Assembly (NCBI GenBank): GCA_027339965.1
Contig: DAHWNL010000082.1
Coordinates: 15,639 to 79,638 of the forward strand
From: Granulicella sp.
Lineage (GTDB): Bacteria; Acidobacteriota; Terriglobia; Terriglobales; Acidobacteriaceae
Reading direction: 5' to 3'
Length of the DNA stretch: 64,000 nt
Positions 17,954-27,482 of this stretch are shown here, piece by piece; position 1 is the stretch's first letter, and each line of letters starts with the position of its first letter. The translations under genes and the position numbers were made by a program. The notes under the pieces are model-generated. The model saw only the letters and a program-made list of their open reading frames with translations, made no database searches and was not told where the DNA came from.

Positions 17954-18564
17954 GCGGCGAGGCCGGCTTGGTCCTGTCCGCTGCGCCTTTGTCTCCCCGG
18001 TAAGCAGGTTTCTTCCGGCGCTCCATGCCCGCCTGCTGCTTCTGGCGGTCTTTGTCCTTTTTTCTTCTCTGTTTCTGTTTGTCTCCGCCGGCCGGCTGCG
18101 TGGAGCAGGTTCTCCGCCACACGCCGGTCCTCAGCCGAGATTCTGGGCCGCACCGCCACCGCCTTGGTGTCGCCAATCAGCGGCCAGACCTTGAAGCGCA
18201 GCACCTCCGCGCGCTGCCGTCGCGTCAGCCGCTGCCGGCCGTCGGCGGCCAGGGCGACGGCGTGGGTGGTGGCCACGGTAAGGGTGCAGGGCGTGGGGTG
18301 CTCCCAGTTGGTGGGCTGCAGCGCCCGTATGCCCACAGGCTGCACCTGCAGCTCGCCCTGCGGCGTGGCTACCTCGCGGGAGACCCAGACCGCCTCGCCG
18401 CCATCGACCATGGCCTGCGCCTGGCGCGCGGAGATCAGGCGGAAACTCCACTCCGTCCAGCGCTCGCTGGGCTGAATGTAGGCAAAGTGCGCCACCATCC
18501 GGCTGTAAGGGTTCACGGCTCGCTGGGCAGGCGCAGAGGGCCGGCGGCGTTGGCGTCTACGCAT
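17932..18564 (-). CDS. Phage hypothetical protein
   Basis: ATG 18564 with GGAG RBS; KVWPLIGDTKAVAVRPR. Confidence 0.55.
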   Translation of the reverse strand: MRRRQRRRPSAPAQRAVNPYSRMVAHFAYIQPSERWTEWSFRLISARQAQAMVDGGEAVWVSREVATPQGELQVQPVGIRALQPTNWEHPTPCTLTVATTHAVALAADGRQRLTRRQRAEVLRFKVWPLIGDTKAVAVRPRISAEDRRVAENLLHAAGRRRQTETEKKKGQRPPEAAGGHGAPEETCLPGRQRRSGQDQAGLAACELERS

Positions 18565-18696
18565 GGCATCTCCCGGGCAGGGTCGGTGGAAGGTTCGTTG
18601 AAGCCGCGGAGGGACGCTGCGCGGAGATTGCGAGCGCAGCGCGCCGGGGCGCAGCCGAGCGCCCCGGCGCAAGGGCCCAGCGCAGGACTGCCAAGA

Positions 18697-18721
18697 CAAA
18701 ACCCCATGGCGGGCCATGGGG
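18697..18721 (-). terminator. Intrinsic terminator in candidate late leader
   Basis: CCCCATGG-CCCG-CCATGGGG-TTTTG on minus strand. Confidence 0.65.
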
Positions 18722-19121
18722 CTGCGGAGAGCGACGTGAGATGAGGAGGGCAGCGGTAGCACCGGCGTGCGCGTCCAGCCCGGGAAGGCAGCCCAACGCA
18801 AGCCCGGCGCGAAATGCAAGCCCAGGGCTGGATGCACCCTCAAGGCTGTGCGGCCCGTCTGCGGACACACCTCGGCGTCCCAGGGGTGGCCTGCTCAGAG
18901 TGAGGTCCGTCGTTATCCGGCTGGGAAGCGGCTTCGCCTGCCGGGCGCACTCGATTCGATTGTGGGGAGGTGATGTGGGCGGTGGAAGAGCGGATCTGGG
19001 TGGGTGGTGTCTTGTGTTCTCGGTTGCCTTGCGGCTGTTGCCCGGCCGGCTGCGGTTTGTGGCCCGCAGACCTTTGGGGGTCGCACACCCTTGTTCTTTA
19101 TGCTCAAAAGAAGCTAGGCTA

Positions 19122-19150
19122 ATCCTATTCATCCCACTCTCCGCCGTCAA
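19122..19150 (-). promoter_or_regulatory. sigma70-type promoter (candidate late promoter)
   Basis: TTGACG-N17-TAGGAT on minus strand. Confidence 0.65.
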
Positions 19151-19222
19151 GCCCTGCCTGTGGAAAACTTTCATGTCTGGGGTGATCTTCCCGGGTCGAT
19201 CGCTTGGGTTGGAGATCTTCCG

Positions 19223-19264
19223 GCTGGCCTCTTGGAGCTGGCCTCTTGGGGCTGGCCTCTTGCT
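19223..19264. repeat. 3 x 14-bp tandem repeat GCTGGCCTCTTGNN
   Basis: Units at 19223, 19237, 19251. Confidence 0.85.
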
Positions 19265-19429
19265 ATTGGTCCGCTTTGCTGTTGGTCCACTGGCCGCGAG
19301 CTCTTGCCCGGGCTCCTCTTTCCCTCAGCGGGTGGCCGTCGTCCGCTGTCTCCGTCTGCCCTCCGCTCCGGCCCAAGCCGCGGGCCCGGCGCGGCAGGCT
19401 GGGCGCAGCAGGTTGGGAGACAGAGTGGT

Positions 19430-21112
19430 TCAGCCTGGCGCGGCGCGCGGCTCGGCTTCCAGCACAGCGCGGACCCACAGCGGCGCCTCCTGCGCGTAGA
19501 TAGGCACGCCTCGCTGGCGCATTCGCCGCCAGTAGCCGAGCGCGGCTTGCCGCTGTTCTGCCTCACGCCGCTCCGTCTCGCTCATCCCTGCCTGGCTCTG
19601 CTCGGTTGCTTGCCGCGCGGCTCCGCGCCGGGGGGGCGCGCTGGGCTCGCCGCTTTCCAGCCGTGCGGTCTCCTGGACGGGGGCTGGGGAATCTGCAGCG
19701 CTGCGGCAGGTTTGTACGCTGCGGCAGGCTGCGGCACCGCGCCAGCTCTCCATGTTGCAGCAGCTTGTTGCGCTGCGCAGGATGCCGGGCTCGCGATAGC
19801 GCTCGGCCTGCGCAGCGGCTGCCAGACCCGGAGCGCCGTGGCGGCCCTGCGGCGGCATGACTTGCGCTCGGCGCGGCCAGGCCTCCGGCTCAGCCCACAG
19901 GCCGTCGCCAAAGAACCGGGAGAATCCCCACTGGATCTGCAGCTCCTGACGCCGGCACAGCTCGCGATACTGTCGCCAACGCTCCACCATGCGCGCGGCC
20001 AGGGCCTGCAGCGCGCGCTCTGCGGGCGGCGCAGGGCAGCCCTGTTGCGCGGCGTCCGCACCTGTCGGCACCCGGGCGGCGCATCGCATCGCCAGCTCGA
20101 ACTGGCGGTTGAGCAGCGACTCCAGCCGCCGGGTCGCGGAGACGCCACTCTGCTCGAGCACCCAGCGCGCGGCCCCGACGAACGCAGAGAGCTGGAGCGC
20201 CGGCTCCGGCTGGCTGGCGGCCGAGCTCCCAATCCCCGCCGAACCACCCGGCCCCCCTTGGGGGGTGGGGGGGGTGTGGCTGTCTTCTCTCTCTGGTTCT
20301 TTCTTTAAAAGATGGAAGGATATCCCCGGTTGGGACACCAGAGCGCTCTGCTGGGACACCGCAGCCGCAGGCTGGGACACCGGATCGCTCTGCTGGGATA
20401 CCAGTGCGTCGAGCTGGGACAAGGACGTCTCGGCGGGCGTCTCGCAGCCAGCCTGGGCGGCAGCCTTGCAAGCAGCGTCCAGGGCCGGCTCCGATGGGCC
20501 TGGGACTGAACCAACCGCAGGAAACAGCGTCGGCGCCAGATCAAGCTGCGCCGGAGCTGGCATCGAGCCAACGGATGCGGAGGAGACCTTCGCCTGGATG
20601 CTCCTTTGGCTGTGCAGTTCGGCCAGGCGGCGGCGCAGCTCCGGCTCGCCCACCCTCGCCAGCTCGCGCAACGCCACGAGCTGGTAAGCCGAAGGTCGCC
20701 GGCTGGAGCCTTTGCTCTCCAGCACCATCCCCAACTGCACCAGCTCGCGCAGCTTGCGGTGCGCCGTGGAGCGGGAGACGCAGCTCTCCCGCGCCAGCGC
20801 CTCCACGGTCACCGGCAGCTCGGCCCGCGCCGCCGCCAGCGGCGCCAGCCGGGTCATGGCCACGTAGACCATCCCGCCCTCCGGGCCGATCAGGGGCAGA
20901 AACACCCGGAAGAACTCATGCTCAACGTAACACCAGCCGCCCTGGCTGGTGCTGCGCAGGTCGGCGTTGCGCACACCCGCGCGAAAACCCGCTCCAAGGC
21001 CCGCGCCAGCGTCTCCCCGCGGGCCGCCGCGTCCTCTAGGCGGACGATCGGCCTTGGGGCCGCCCAGCCCGTAGCCGCCCGGCTCCTGGCCGCTGCTCCA
21101 GGCGCTCGTCAT
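19430..21112 (-). CDS. Phage replication initiator (N-terminal HTH)
   Basis: TVEALARESCVSRSTAHRKLRELVQLGMV HTH; internal iterons; KKEPEREDSHTPPTP linker. Confidence 0.75.
   Translation of the reverse strand: MTSAWSSGQEPGGYGLGGPKADRPPRGRGGPRGDAGAGLGAGFRAGVRNADLRSTSQGGWCYVEHEFFRVFLPLIGPEGGMVYVAMTRLAPLAAARAELPVTVEALARESCVSRSTAHRKLRELVQLGMVLESKGSSRRPSAYQLVALRELARVGEPELRRRLAELHSQRSIQAKVSSASVGSMPAPAQLDLAPTLFPAVGSVPGPSEPALDAACKAAAQAGCETPAETSLSQLDALVSQQSDPVSQPAAAVSQQSALVSQPGISFHLLKKEPEREDSHTPPTPQGGPGGSAGIGSSAASQPEPALQLSAFVGAARWVLEQSGVSATRRLESLLNRQFELAMRCAARVPTGADAAQQGCPAPPAERALQALAARMVERWRQYRELCRRQELQIQWGFSRFFGDGLWAEPEAWPRRAQVMPPQGRHGAPGLAAAAQAERYREPGILRSATSCCNMESWRGAAACRSVQTCRSAADSPAPVQETARLESGEPSAPPRRGAARQATEQSQAGMSETERREAEQRQAALGYWRRMRQRGVPIYAQEAPLWVRAVLEAEPRAAPG
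20331..20423. repeat. Iteron-like array, 5 x 21 bp (candidate phage origin)
   Basis: TGGGACACC-type core at 20331, 20352, 20373, 20394, 20415 next to a T/A-rich tract at 20281-20310. Confidence 0.8.
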
Positions 21113-21186
21113 GCCACCACCACCGCCAGCAGCGCCGCCGACAAAGCCAGCAGCCACCAAAGGGACCGCCTCAGTTCCTCACTCAC
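21109..21186 (-). CDS. 25-aa hydrophobic peptide MSEELRRSLWWLLALSAALLAVVVA
   Basis: AGGAG RBS, GTG start, ATGA overlap with initiator gene. Confidence 0.55.
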   Translation of the reverse strand: MSEELRRSLWWLLALSAALLAVVVA

Positions 21187-21198
21187 ACTACGCTCCTA

Positions 21199-21245
21199 AA
21201 CCTGATATGCAATTGAATAGTCGTACGTATTAGACAATTTGTCAA
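21199..21245 (-). promoter_or_regulatory. Early promoter/operator region
   Basis: TTGACA (21245-21240)-N17-GACTAT; GACAA-T-TTGTC palindrome; motifs shared with 22286-22310. Confidence 0.55.
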
Positions 21246-21509
21246 GCGCATGCCTGCGCATAGAGCCAAATTTGACTCAACAAGCAATAAAAGAGAGTGC
21301 ACTTGAGGAAAGCGGCGTACGCCTTTGGTCACATGGCCTCGAACACACAGGAGGTCTCTTTACCCGCGAGAGGATCTGGAGATCGCCGCGGGTCGGTTGC
21401 AGTGGGCGCCGGCCGGGGGATAAGGCCGGAAGCCATGGCCAGGCGTGGCCAGCAGCGGCGGCAGAAGGGAGTGGCAGGAGGGTTCTGGGCTTGCCGCCTG
21501 GGGTGGACA

Positions 21510-21624
21510 AGCAGCTTTCGTGTTGCCGGGCATCCCGAACAGGGCTTGCAGCGGCGTTTTCCTGGGGGGAGAAACGCCTATCGAAGTTCAGGTACCCTCT
21601 CCATCGGCACGGAAGGTGCTTTTA
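21510..21624. repeat. Dispersed ~110-bp structured repeat, copy A
   Basis: Aligns with 30152-30264; outer inverted repeat and inner GGCGTTT..AAACGCC hairpin. Confidence 0.65.
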
Positions 21625-22260
21625 GCGTCTGCGGTACTGCCGGTGCTCCACCATCACTCCGGCGATGCGCAGCGCCAGCCGGTCGGACCGCAGCGGAGCG
21701 TGCAGCGCATTGAGGGGGACCAGTTCGAAGACGTCGATGCCGTTCTCATTGATGCCGGCGCTGCGATACTGGCGGAAGCTCGCCTCTCCGCTCGGTTCCG
21801 TAGCCACCACAAAGTCCCCTGGCGAGGGTTGAAGGGTGGGGTCGATCACCACCATATCTCCGGGCTGGAACCTGGGCTCCATCGAATCGCCCTTGATACG
21901 CATCGCAAATGTGCTCGGCGGATGCTCTAGATCGGTCACAATGCTCTCCCGTGGCTCCTCATCTTTTGGGCGGTCTGCGGAGGCGGTCCATCGGCCGATC
22001 TGTTCGTAGTCGAGCACCGGTATCCTTCGCCATCCCAGAGGAACTTCCTCGACGTTACTCCGGCTGCCGGATGCATACAAAACATCGACGGAGACTCCCA
22101 GCGCCCCGGCGATCTTCAGCAGGGTCTCGCGGCTGTAATAGGCGCCCCGCTCCACCCGGGAGAGAAAGGGCCCCGAGATCCCCGCCAGCGTGGCCAGCTT
22201 CGTCACCGTCCATCCCAGACGCTCTCTGCGCTTCCTGATCTCCGAACCGATGTCTGCCAT
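21622..22260 (-). CDS. CI/LexA-like repressor (XRE HTH + S24 peptidase)
   Basis: IRKRRERLGWTVTKLA..LSRVERG; FAMRIKGDSMEPRFQPGDMVVIDP. Confidence 0.92.
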   Translation of the reverse strand: MADIGSEIRKRRERLGWTVTKLATLAGISGPFLSRVERGAYYSRETLLKIAGALGVSVDVLYASGSRSNVEEVPLGWRRIPVLDYEQIGRWTASADRPKDEEPRESIVTDLEHPPSTFAMRIKGDSMEPRFQPGDMVVIDPTLQPSPGDFVVATEPSGEASFRQYRSAGINENGIDVFELVPLNALHAPLRSDRLALRIAGVMVEHRQYRRR

Positions 22261-22410
22261 GCATTGATTGTGAGTGCATAGTCTTACCTGATATTACTTA
22301 TTACGTATTATTTTTGCCATACGCAATGTGCCGTACCGGATCGGGACCAAGATTGGGAATCGTGCCGATCTCCGCTCGCGTGGCGAGCCCGAGGAGGGAG
22401 TTCCTCGAAT

Positions 22411-22445
22411 CCCACATCTCAAAAAAGCCGAGATGGGGGGCACCC
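22411..22445 (+). repeat. REP-like hairpin (copy 2)
   Basis: CCCACATCTCAAAAAAGCCGAGATGGGGGGCACCC. Confidence 0.8.
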
Positions 22446-22465
22446 AATTTCTGTCAGCGCGAAGC

Positions 22466-23128
22466 TCAGCGCCCGGGGCTGGGGCGCTCCAGGCCGCGGA
22501 TATGGCGCTGCAACAGCTCAGCGGCCCGCGCCGGGTCGCCCGCCTGTAGCGCCGCGACAATCTGGCGGTGCGCCTGGTTGGAGGTGGGCTTCCAGGCCGT
22601 GGCGCGCAGCACCGAGAAGATTACCCGGGAGCCGGCCCGTTGCAGCTCGTCCAGCATCTCCAGCAGCCGCGGCATCTGGCAGGGCGCGGCCAGCTCGCGG
22701 TGAAAGTTCCGGTTGGCCTGTTCCCACTCCTCCAGCGTCTGGGCCTGCTCGCAGGCCAGCATGGCCCGCTCGATCCGTTCCACGCAGCCGGAGGTCAGCT
22801 TGGCCGCCGCGTGGGTCAGCGCCAGCGTCTCCAGCGCGGCGCGAATCTCCACAATCTCCTGCATCGCCGCCCGGTCCAAGGGCGCTACCCGCACCCCGCG
22901 GCGCGGCTCGCTCACCGCCAGCCACTGCGAACGCAGGAGTTGAAACGCCTCTCGCACCGGGACGTGGCTGGAGCCGAACTCCTGTGCGATCCGGTCCTGG
23001 CGCAGCGCAGCTCCCGGGGGAAGCTCGCCGATGACGATGCGCTCGGCCAGCGCCAGCGCGATGCGTTCCGCTACGGTCTCCGCCATGGGGGTCGTCTTCT
23101 CATCACCTTCCCGCCGTCTCTTCATCAT
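22466..23128 (-). CDS. bioR: GntR/FCD-family regulator, BioR
   Basis: LRQDRIAQEFGSSHVPVREAF; divergent from bio operon with BIOR-like boxes between. Confidence 0.8.
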   Translation of the reverse strand: MMKRRREGDEKTTPMAETVAERIALALAERIVIGELPPGAALRQDRIAQEFGSSHVPVREAFQLLRSQWLAVSEPRRGVRVAPLDRAAMQEIVEIRAALETLALTHAAAKLTSGCVERIERAMLACEQAQTLEEWEQANRNFHRELAAPCQMPRLLEMLDELQRAGSRVIFSVLRATAWKPTSNQAHRQIVAALQAGDPARAAELLQRHIRGLERPSPGR

Positions 23129-23174
23129 CCTCCCGTTGTGGTCTTCACCATCTTCGCGCCGTGTTCTCTCATTT

Positions 23175-23262
23175 TTGTAGATTATCTATGAGCTGACTGT
23201 CACCGTCACCTGCGCTGCTATACTTGGGCTGCAAATCGGCAGGAGCAATCTATTATCTATGG
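23175..23262. promoter_or_regulatory. BIOR-box-like sites
   Basis: TTATCTATGA (23182) and TTATCTATGG (23253), plus TTGTAGATTA (23175), versus consensus TTATMKATAA. Confidence 0.65.
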
Positions 23263-23318
23263 ATTGTTCCGCGTCCGGTGGATCGGAGTCCAGCGTGCCC
23301 CTGAACGATGAACTTGTC

Positions 23319-24314
23319 ATGCCCTCGGCGAACCCCAGCCCGCCGCCCCAGCCCTCCCCGGAGACCGGCCGCTGGAGCCGGGCCGAAGCGCTGGCGCTCT
23401 ACGCTCTACCGTTCCATGATCTGCTCTTCCGCGCGCACACCGTCCATCGCGAAAACTTTCATCCCAATCAGATTCAGCTCAGCCAGTTGCTCAGCATCAA
23501 GACCGGGGGATGCTCGGAGGACTGCGGCTACTGCAGCCAGTCCGCGCGCAGCGCCACGGGCGTGAACGCCACTCAACTGATGGATGTGGATCGGGTGCTG
23601 CGGGAGGCGCGGGCGGCCAAGGCCGGCGGCGCTACCCGCTACTGCATGGGCGCTGCGTGGCGCAGCCCCAGGCCGGCCGACATGCCGGCTGTCCAGGCCA
23701 TGGTGCGCGGGGTGAAGGCTCTGGGGCTGGAGACCTGCATGACGCTGGGCATGCTCTCCAGCGAGCAGGCCGAATCCCTCGCCGAGGCTGGCCTGGATTT
23801 CTACAACCATAACATCGACACCTCCGAACGCTTCTATCCGCAGATCATCACCACCCGCAGGTTTCAGGACCGGCTGGAGACGCTCGAGCATGTGCGCCGG
23901 GCGGGCATCAAGGTCTGCGCGGGCGGAATTCTGGGGATGGGCGAGACCGCCGAGGATCGCATCGAGATGCTGCTCACGCTGGCCAACCTGCCCGCCCCGC
24001 CGGAGAGCGTGCCCATCAACATGCTGATTCCCATTCCAGGCTCCAAGCTGGCCGGGGCCGCGCCGGTGGACCCGCTGGAGTTTGTCCGCGTCATCGCGCT
24101 GGCCCGCATCCTGATGCCGCAGTCCCATATACGGCTCTCCGCGGGGCGGAAGGAGATGAGCGACGAGCTGCACGCGCTGTGCTTCTTTGCCGGAGCGAAC
24201 TCGATCTTTGTGGGCGAAACGCTGCTCACGGCCGCCAATCCGGGGGTGGACCGGGATACGCAGCTTCTGGCCCGGCTGGGAATCACGCCGGAGCCGGCCT
24301 CCGGAGAAGCGTGA
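23319..24314 (+). CDS. bioB: Biotin synthase
   Basis: CSEDCGYC radical SAM motif, YNHNIDT, PESVPIN; start uncertain. Confidence 0.97.
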   Translation: MPSANPSPPPQPSPETGRWSRAEALALYALPFHDLLFRAHTVHRENFHPNQIQLSQLLSIKTGGCSEDCGYCSQSARSATGVNATQLMDVDRVLREARAAKAGGATRYCMGAAWRSPRPADMPAVQAMVRGVKALGLETCMTLGMLSSEQAESLAEAGLDFYNHNIDTSERFYPQIITTRRFQDRLETLEHVRRAGIKVCAGGILGMGETAEDRIEMLLTLANLPAPPESVPINMLIPIPGSKLAGAAPVDPLEFVRVIALARILMPQSHIRLSAGRKEMSDELHALCFFAGANSIFVGETLLTAANPGVDRDTQLLARLGITPEPASGEA

Positions 24315-25534
24315 TGCGGCCCGGGTCAGCGCAGTCTGGGCCGGCGCCGCTCGGGAATGAATCAGCGCCGTCTGAGACGGAATCAGCCCGGCCCTGGGCC
24401 GGGTCAGCCCCCTATCGGGCTGCGCTCACCCAGCTCGACCGCAAAGCGCGGCTGCGCCGCCTGGCGCGGCCCGGCGGCTACGACTTCACCTCCAACGACT
24501 ATCTGGCGCTGGCCGGCTCCGCAGCGATGCGCGCGGGCGTTCTGGCCGCGCTGGAGCGGGGCGTTCCGGTGGGCGCGGGCGGCTCGCGCCTGCTGCGCGG
24601 CAACCACGCCGAGCATGAGGCGCTGGAGCAGGAGGCGGCCGCTTTCTTTCACTCGCCGCGGATGTTGTATTTTGGCAGCGGCTACATGGCCAACCTGGCG
24701 ATCCTGGCCACGCTGCCGCAGCGCGGCGATCTGGTGGCGCACGATGAGCTGATCCACGCCAGCGCCCATGCCGGCATGGGCGCGGGGCGTGCTGAGACGG
24801 TCAGCGTGGCCCACAACGACGCCAATGCCTTTGAAGATGCGCTGCGCCGCTGGCGCGCGGCCGGGGGCCGAGGGCGTCCGTGGATCGCCGTGGAGAGCCT
24901 TTACTCCATGGACGGCGACCGGGCTCCGCTGGCTGAGCTGGCCAAGCTGGCCGAGCGCTATGACGGCTTTTTGCTGGTGGATGAGGCGCACGCCACCGGA
25001 GTGCATGGGCCGCGGGGCCGCGGGCTGGCTGCCGGGCTGGAGGGCCGGGAGAACGTGGTGGCGCTGCACACCTGCGGCAAGGCGCTGGGTGCGGAAGGCG
25101 CGCTGGTGGGGGCAAGCGCGGTGCTCTGCGAGTATCTGGTGAATCACGCGCGGCCATTCATGTACTCCACTGCGCCCTCGCCGCTGGCTGCGGCCGCGGT
25201 GCGGCAGGCGCTGAAGATTCTGGCCGAGGAGCCGGAGCGGCGGCTAAGGCTGCACGAGCTGATCGACGCGGCCAACCGGAGGCGTCAAGCCGGCCTGGGC
25301 GCCCCGGGCAGCGGCACGCAGATTCTGCCGGTCATCCTGGGTGAGAACGCCCGCGCGCTGCGCCTGGCCGCGCGCATGCAGGCCGAGGGGTTTGACCTTC
25401 GCGCCATCCGCCCGCCGACCGTCCCGGCCGGCACGGCGCGGCTGCGCATCGCCATCACGCTGAACGTGGACGCTGCCGTGGTCGAGCGCATGTTCGCGCA
25501 TCTGGCGGCGGCGATAGCTGAGGAGGACGCATGA
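24314..25534 (+). CDS. bioF: 8-amino-7-oxononanoate synthase
   Basis: [30 protein letters not shown]. Confidence 0.95.
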   Translation: MRPGSAQSGPAPLGNESAPSETESARPWAGSAPYRAALTQLDRKARLRRLARPGGYDFTSNDYLALAGSAAMRAGVLAALERGVPVGAGGSRLLRGNHAEHEALEQEAAAFFHSPRMLYFGSGYMANLAILATLPQRGDLVAHDELIHASAHAGMGAGRAETVSVAHNDANAFEDALRRWRAAGGRGRPWIAVESLYSMDGDRAPLAELAKLAERYDGFLLVDEAHATGVHGPRGRGLAAGLEGRENVVALHTCGKALGAEGALVGASAVLCEYLVNHARPFMYSTAPSPLAAAAVRQALKILAEEPERRLRLHELIDAANRRRQAGLGAPGSGTQILPVILGENARALRLAARMQAEGFDLRAIRPPTVPAGTARLRIAITLNVDAAVVERMFAHLAAAIAEEDA

Positions 25535-26187
25535 GCCTGCGAGTGGTGGTGACCGGAACCGATACGGGGATTGGGAAGACGGCGTTCTCCGCAGCCTTGA
25601 CCGATGCGCTGGACGGCTGTTACTGGAAGCCGGTGCAGTCCGGGCTGGAGGAAGAGACGGACAGCGAGACGGTGCATCGGCTGGGGCGGATCCCCCGCGA
25701 GCGGATCTTTGCCGAGGCGTGGCGGCTGCGGACGCCGGCGTCTCCGCATCTCTCGGCGGAGCTGGACGGCGTGGCGATTCAGCCCGCGGCGCTGCAACCG
25801 CCCGCATGCAGCCGGCCGCTGGTCATCGAGGGCGCGGGCGGTCTGCTGGTTCCGCTTACCCGCGGGGAGACCTTTGCCGACGTCTTTGCCCGCTGGCGGA
25901 TTCCCACCATTCTGTGCGCCCGGACCGAGCTGGGCACCATCAACCACACGCTGCTGTCGCTGGAGGCGATGCGGCGGCGGCGGATTCCGGTGCTGGGCCT
26001 GGCCTTCATCGGCGAGCAGCGCAGCGATACGCAGCGCACCCTTGCGGAGATGGGCGAGGTGCGCGTGCTGGGCCGACTGCCCTGGCTGAAGCCTTTGACC
26101 CCGGAGAGCCTGCGCGCGGCTGTGCGGGAGAACTTTGATCTCTCGCCGGTCTTCGCTCTGGCGCGAGTTGAGGAGAGACCGGCATGA
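25531..26187 (+). CDS. bioD: Dethiobiotin synthetase
   Basis: [29 protein letters not shown]. Confidence 0.96.
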   Translation: MSLRVVVTGTDTGIGKTAFSAALTDALDGCYWKPVQSGLEEETDSETVHRLGRIPRERIFAEAWRLRTPASPHLSAELDGVAIQPAALQPPACSRPLVIEGAGGLLVPLTRGETFADVFARWRIPTILCARTELGTINHTLLSLEAMRRRRIPVLGLAFIGEQRSDTQRTLAEMGEVRVLGRLPWLKPLTPESLRAAVRENFDLSPVFALARVEERPA

Positions 26188-27482
26188 ACGACGCGAAGGC
26201 TAGCTCGCCGGTGTGGCATCCCTTTACCCAGCACGCGCTGGACCCGGTGACCACCCGGGTGGTCAGCACCGAGGGGGCGTATCTCATCGACGAGCACGGC
26301 CGCCGGATTCTGGATGCCATCTCGTCCTGGTGGGTGATTACGCATGGGCATCGCCATCCGGCGATCATGGAGGCTATTCAGAGGGCGGCGGAGAGCCTGG
26401 ATCAGGTGATCTTTGCAGAGTACACCCACCAGCCGGCCGAGGATCTGGCCCGCGGACTGATCCGCCTGGCGCCGCCCGGGTTGACGCGCGTCTTCTACTC
26501 CGATAGCGGCTCGACCAGCGTCGAGGCGGCGCTGAAGATGGCGCTTGGCTTCTTCTACAACAGCGGCGTTCCGCGCTCGCGCATTGTGGTGATGGAGCAC
26601 AGCTATCACGGCGATACGATTGGGGCCATGTCCATTGGCGAGCGCGGGGTCTTCAATGCGCCTTACCAGCCGCTCCTGTTTGATGTGGACGCCATCCCTT
26701 TCCCCGAACCGGGGCGCGAACAGGAGACGCTGGATGCCTTGGAGCGTCTCTGCCGCGGCGGGCAGGTGGCGGCGCTCATCGTCGAGCCGCTGCTGCTGGG
26801 CGCGGGCGGCATGAAGATGTATCCGCCGCGGATGCTGGCCGAGCTCCAGCGAATCGCGCAGCGGCATCAGACGCTGTTTATCGCCGATGAGGTGATGACC
26901 GGCTGGGGCCGGACCGGCACGCTGTTCGCCTGCGAGCAGGCCGGCGTGGCTCCGGATATCCTTTGCACCTCCAAGGGCATCACCGGCGGAGCTGTGCCGC
27001 TGGCGGCCACGCTGTGCAGGGAGGAGATCTTCGCCGCGCACCTCTCCCGCGACCGCCGGCGCACCTTCTTTCACTCCAGCTCCTACACGGCGAACCCGAT
27101 TGCCTGCGCGGCGGGGTTGGCCAACCTCGAGGTATGGAGTTCGGAGCCGGTGGCCGAGCGCATCGCCGGGCTGGAGCGGATGCACCGCGAGCGGCTGGCG
27201 CGCTTCCGCCAGGATGCGCGCTTCCGCAACGTCCGGCAGTGCGGGACCATCGTGGCCTTGGATCTTGACGTGCCGGCCACGGGCTATCTCGCGGAGGTGG
27301 GGCTGGAGTTGAAGCGCTTCTTCCGCGGGCGGGATCTGTTGATCCGTCCGCTGGGCAACGTGATCTACCTGATGACGCCGTACTGCGTGACCGCGGACGA
27401 GCTTGACCAGGCCTATGCGGCCATCGACGAGGCGGCTGACCTGCTGCGTCAGGCTGGGCCGTTTAAGGCTGGGCGACGATGA
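26184..27482 (+). CDS. bioA: DAPA aminotransferase
   Basis: [37 protein letters not shown]. Confidence 0.96.
   Translation: MNDAKASSPVWHPFTQHALDPVTTRVVSTEGAYLIDEHGRRILDAISSWWVITHGHRHPAIMEAIQRAAESLDQVIFAEYTHQPAEDLARGLIRLAPPGLTRVFYSDSGSTSVEAALKMALGFFYNSGVPRSRIVVMEHSYHGDTIGAMSIGERGVFNAPYQPLLFDVDAIPFPEPGREQETLDALERLCRGGQVAALIVEPLLLGAGGMKMYPPRMLAELQRIAQRHQTLFIADEVMTGWGRTGTLFACEQAGVAPDILCTSKGITGGAVPLAATLCREEIFAAHLSRDRRRTFFHSSSYTANPIACAAGLANLEVWSSEPVAERIAGLERMHRERLARFRQDARFRNVRQCGTIVALDLDVPATGYLAEVGLELKRFFRGRDLLIRPLGNVIYLMTPYCVTADELDQAYAAIDEAADLLRQAGPFKAGRR

Larger units (their letters stand above)
1..22260 (-). mobile_element. Prophage (podovirus/P22-like head module); continues beyond left edge of window
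   Basis: Co-directional run of terminase, portal, scaffold, capsid, connector, replication and repressor genes; host biotin regulator follows. Confidence 0.93.

Noticed and set aside
20331..20423. CRISPR array
   Set aside because: 21-bp period with ~9-bp core, inside a CDS, no cas genes; fits iterons
22261..22465. tRNA/att site at prophage boundary
   Set aside because: No cloverleaf or recognisable att core; only the promoter region and a REP
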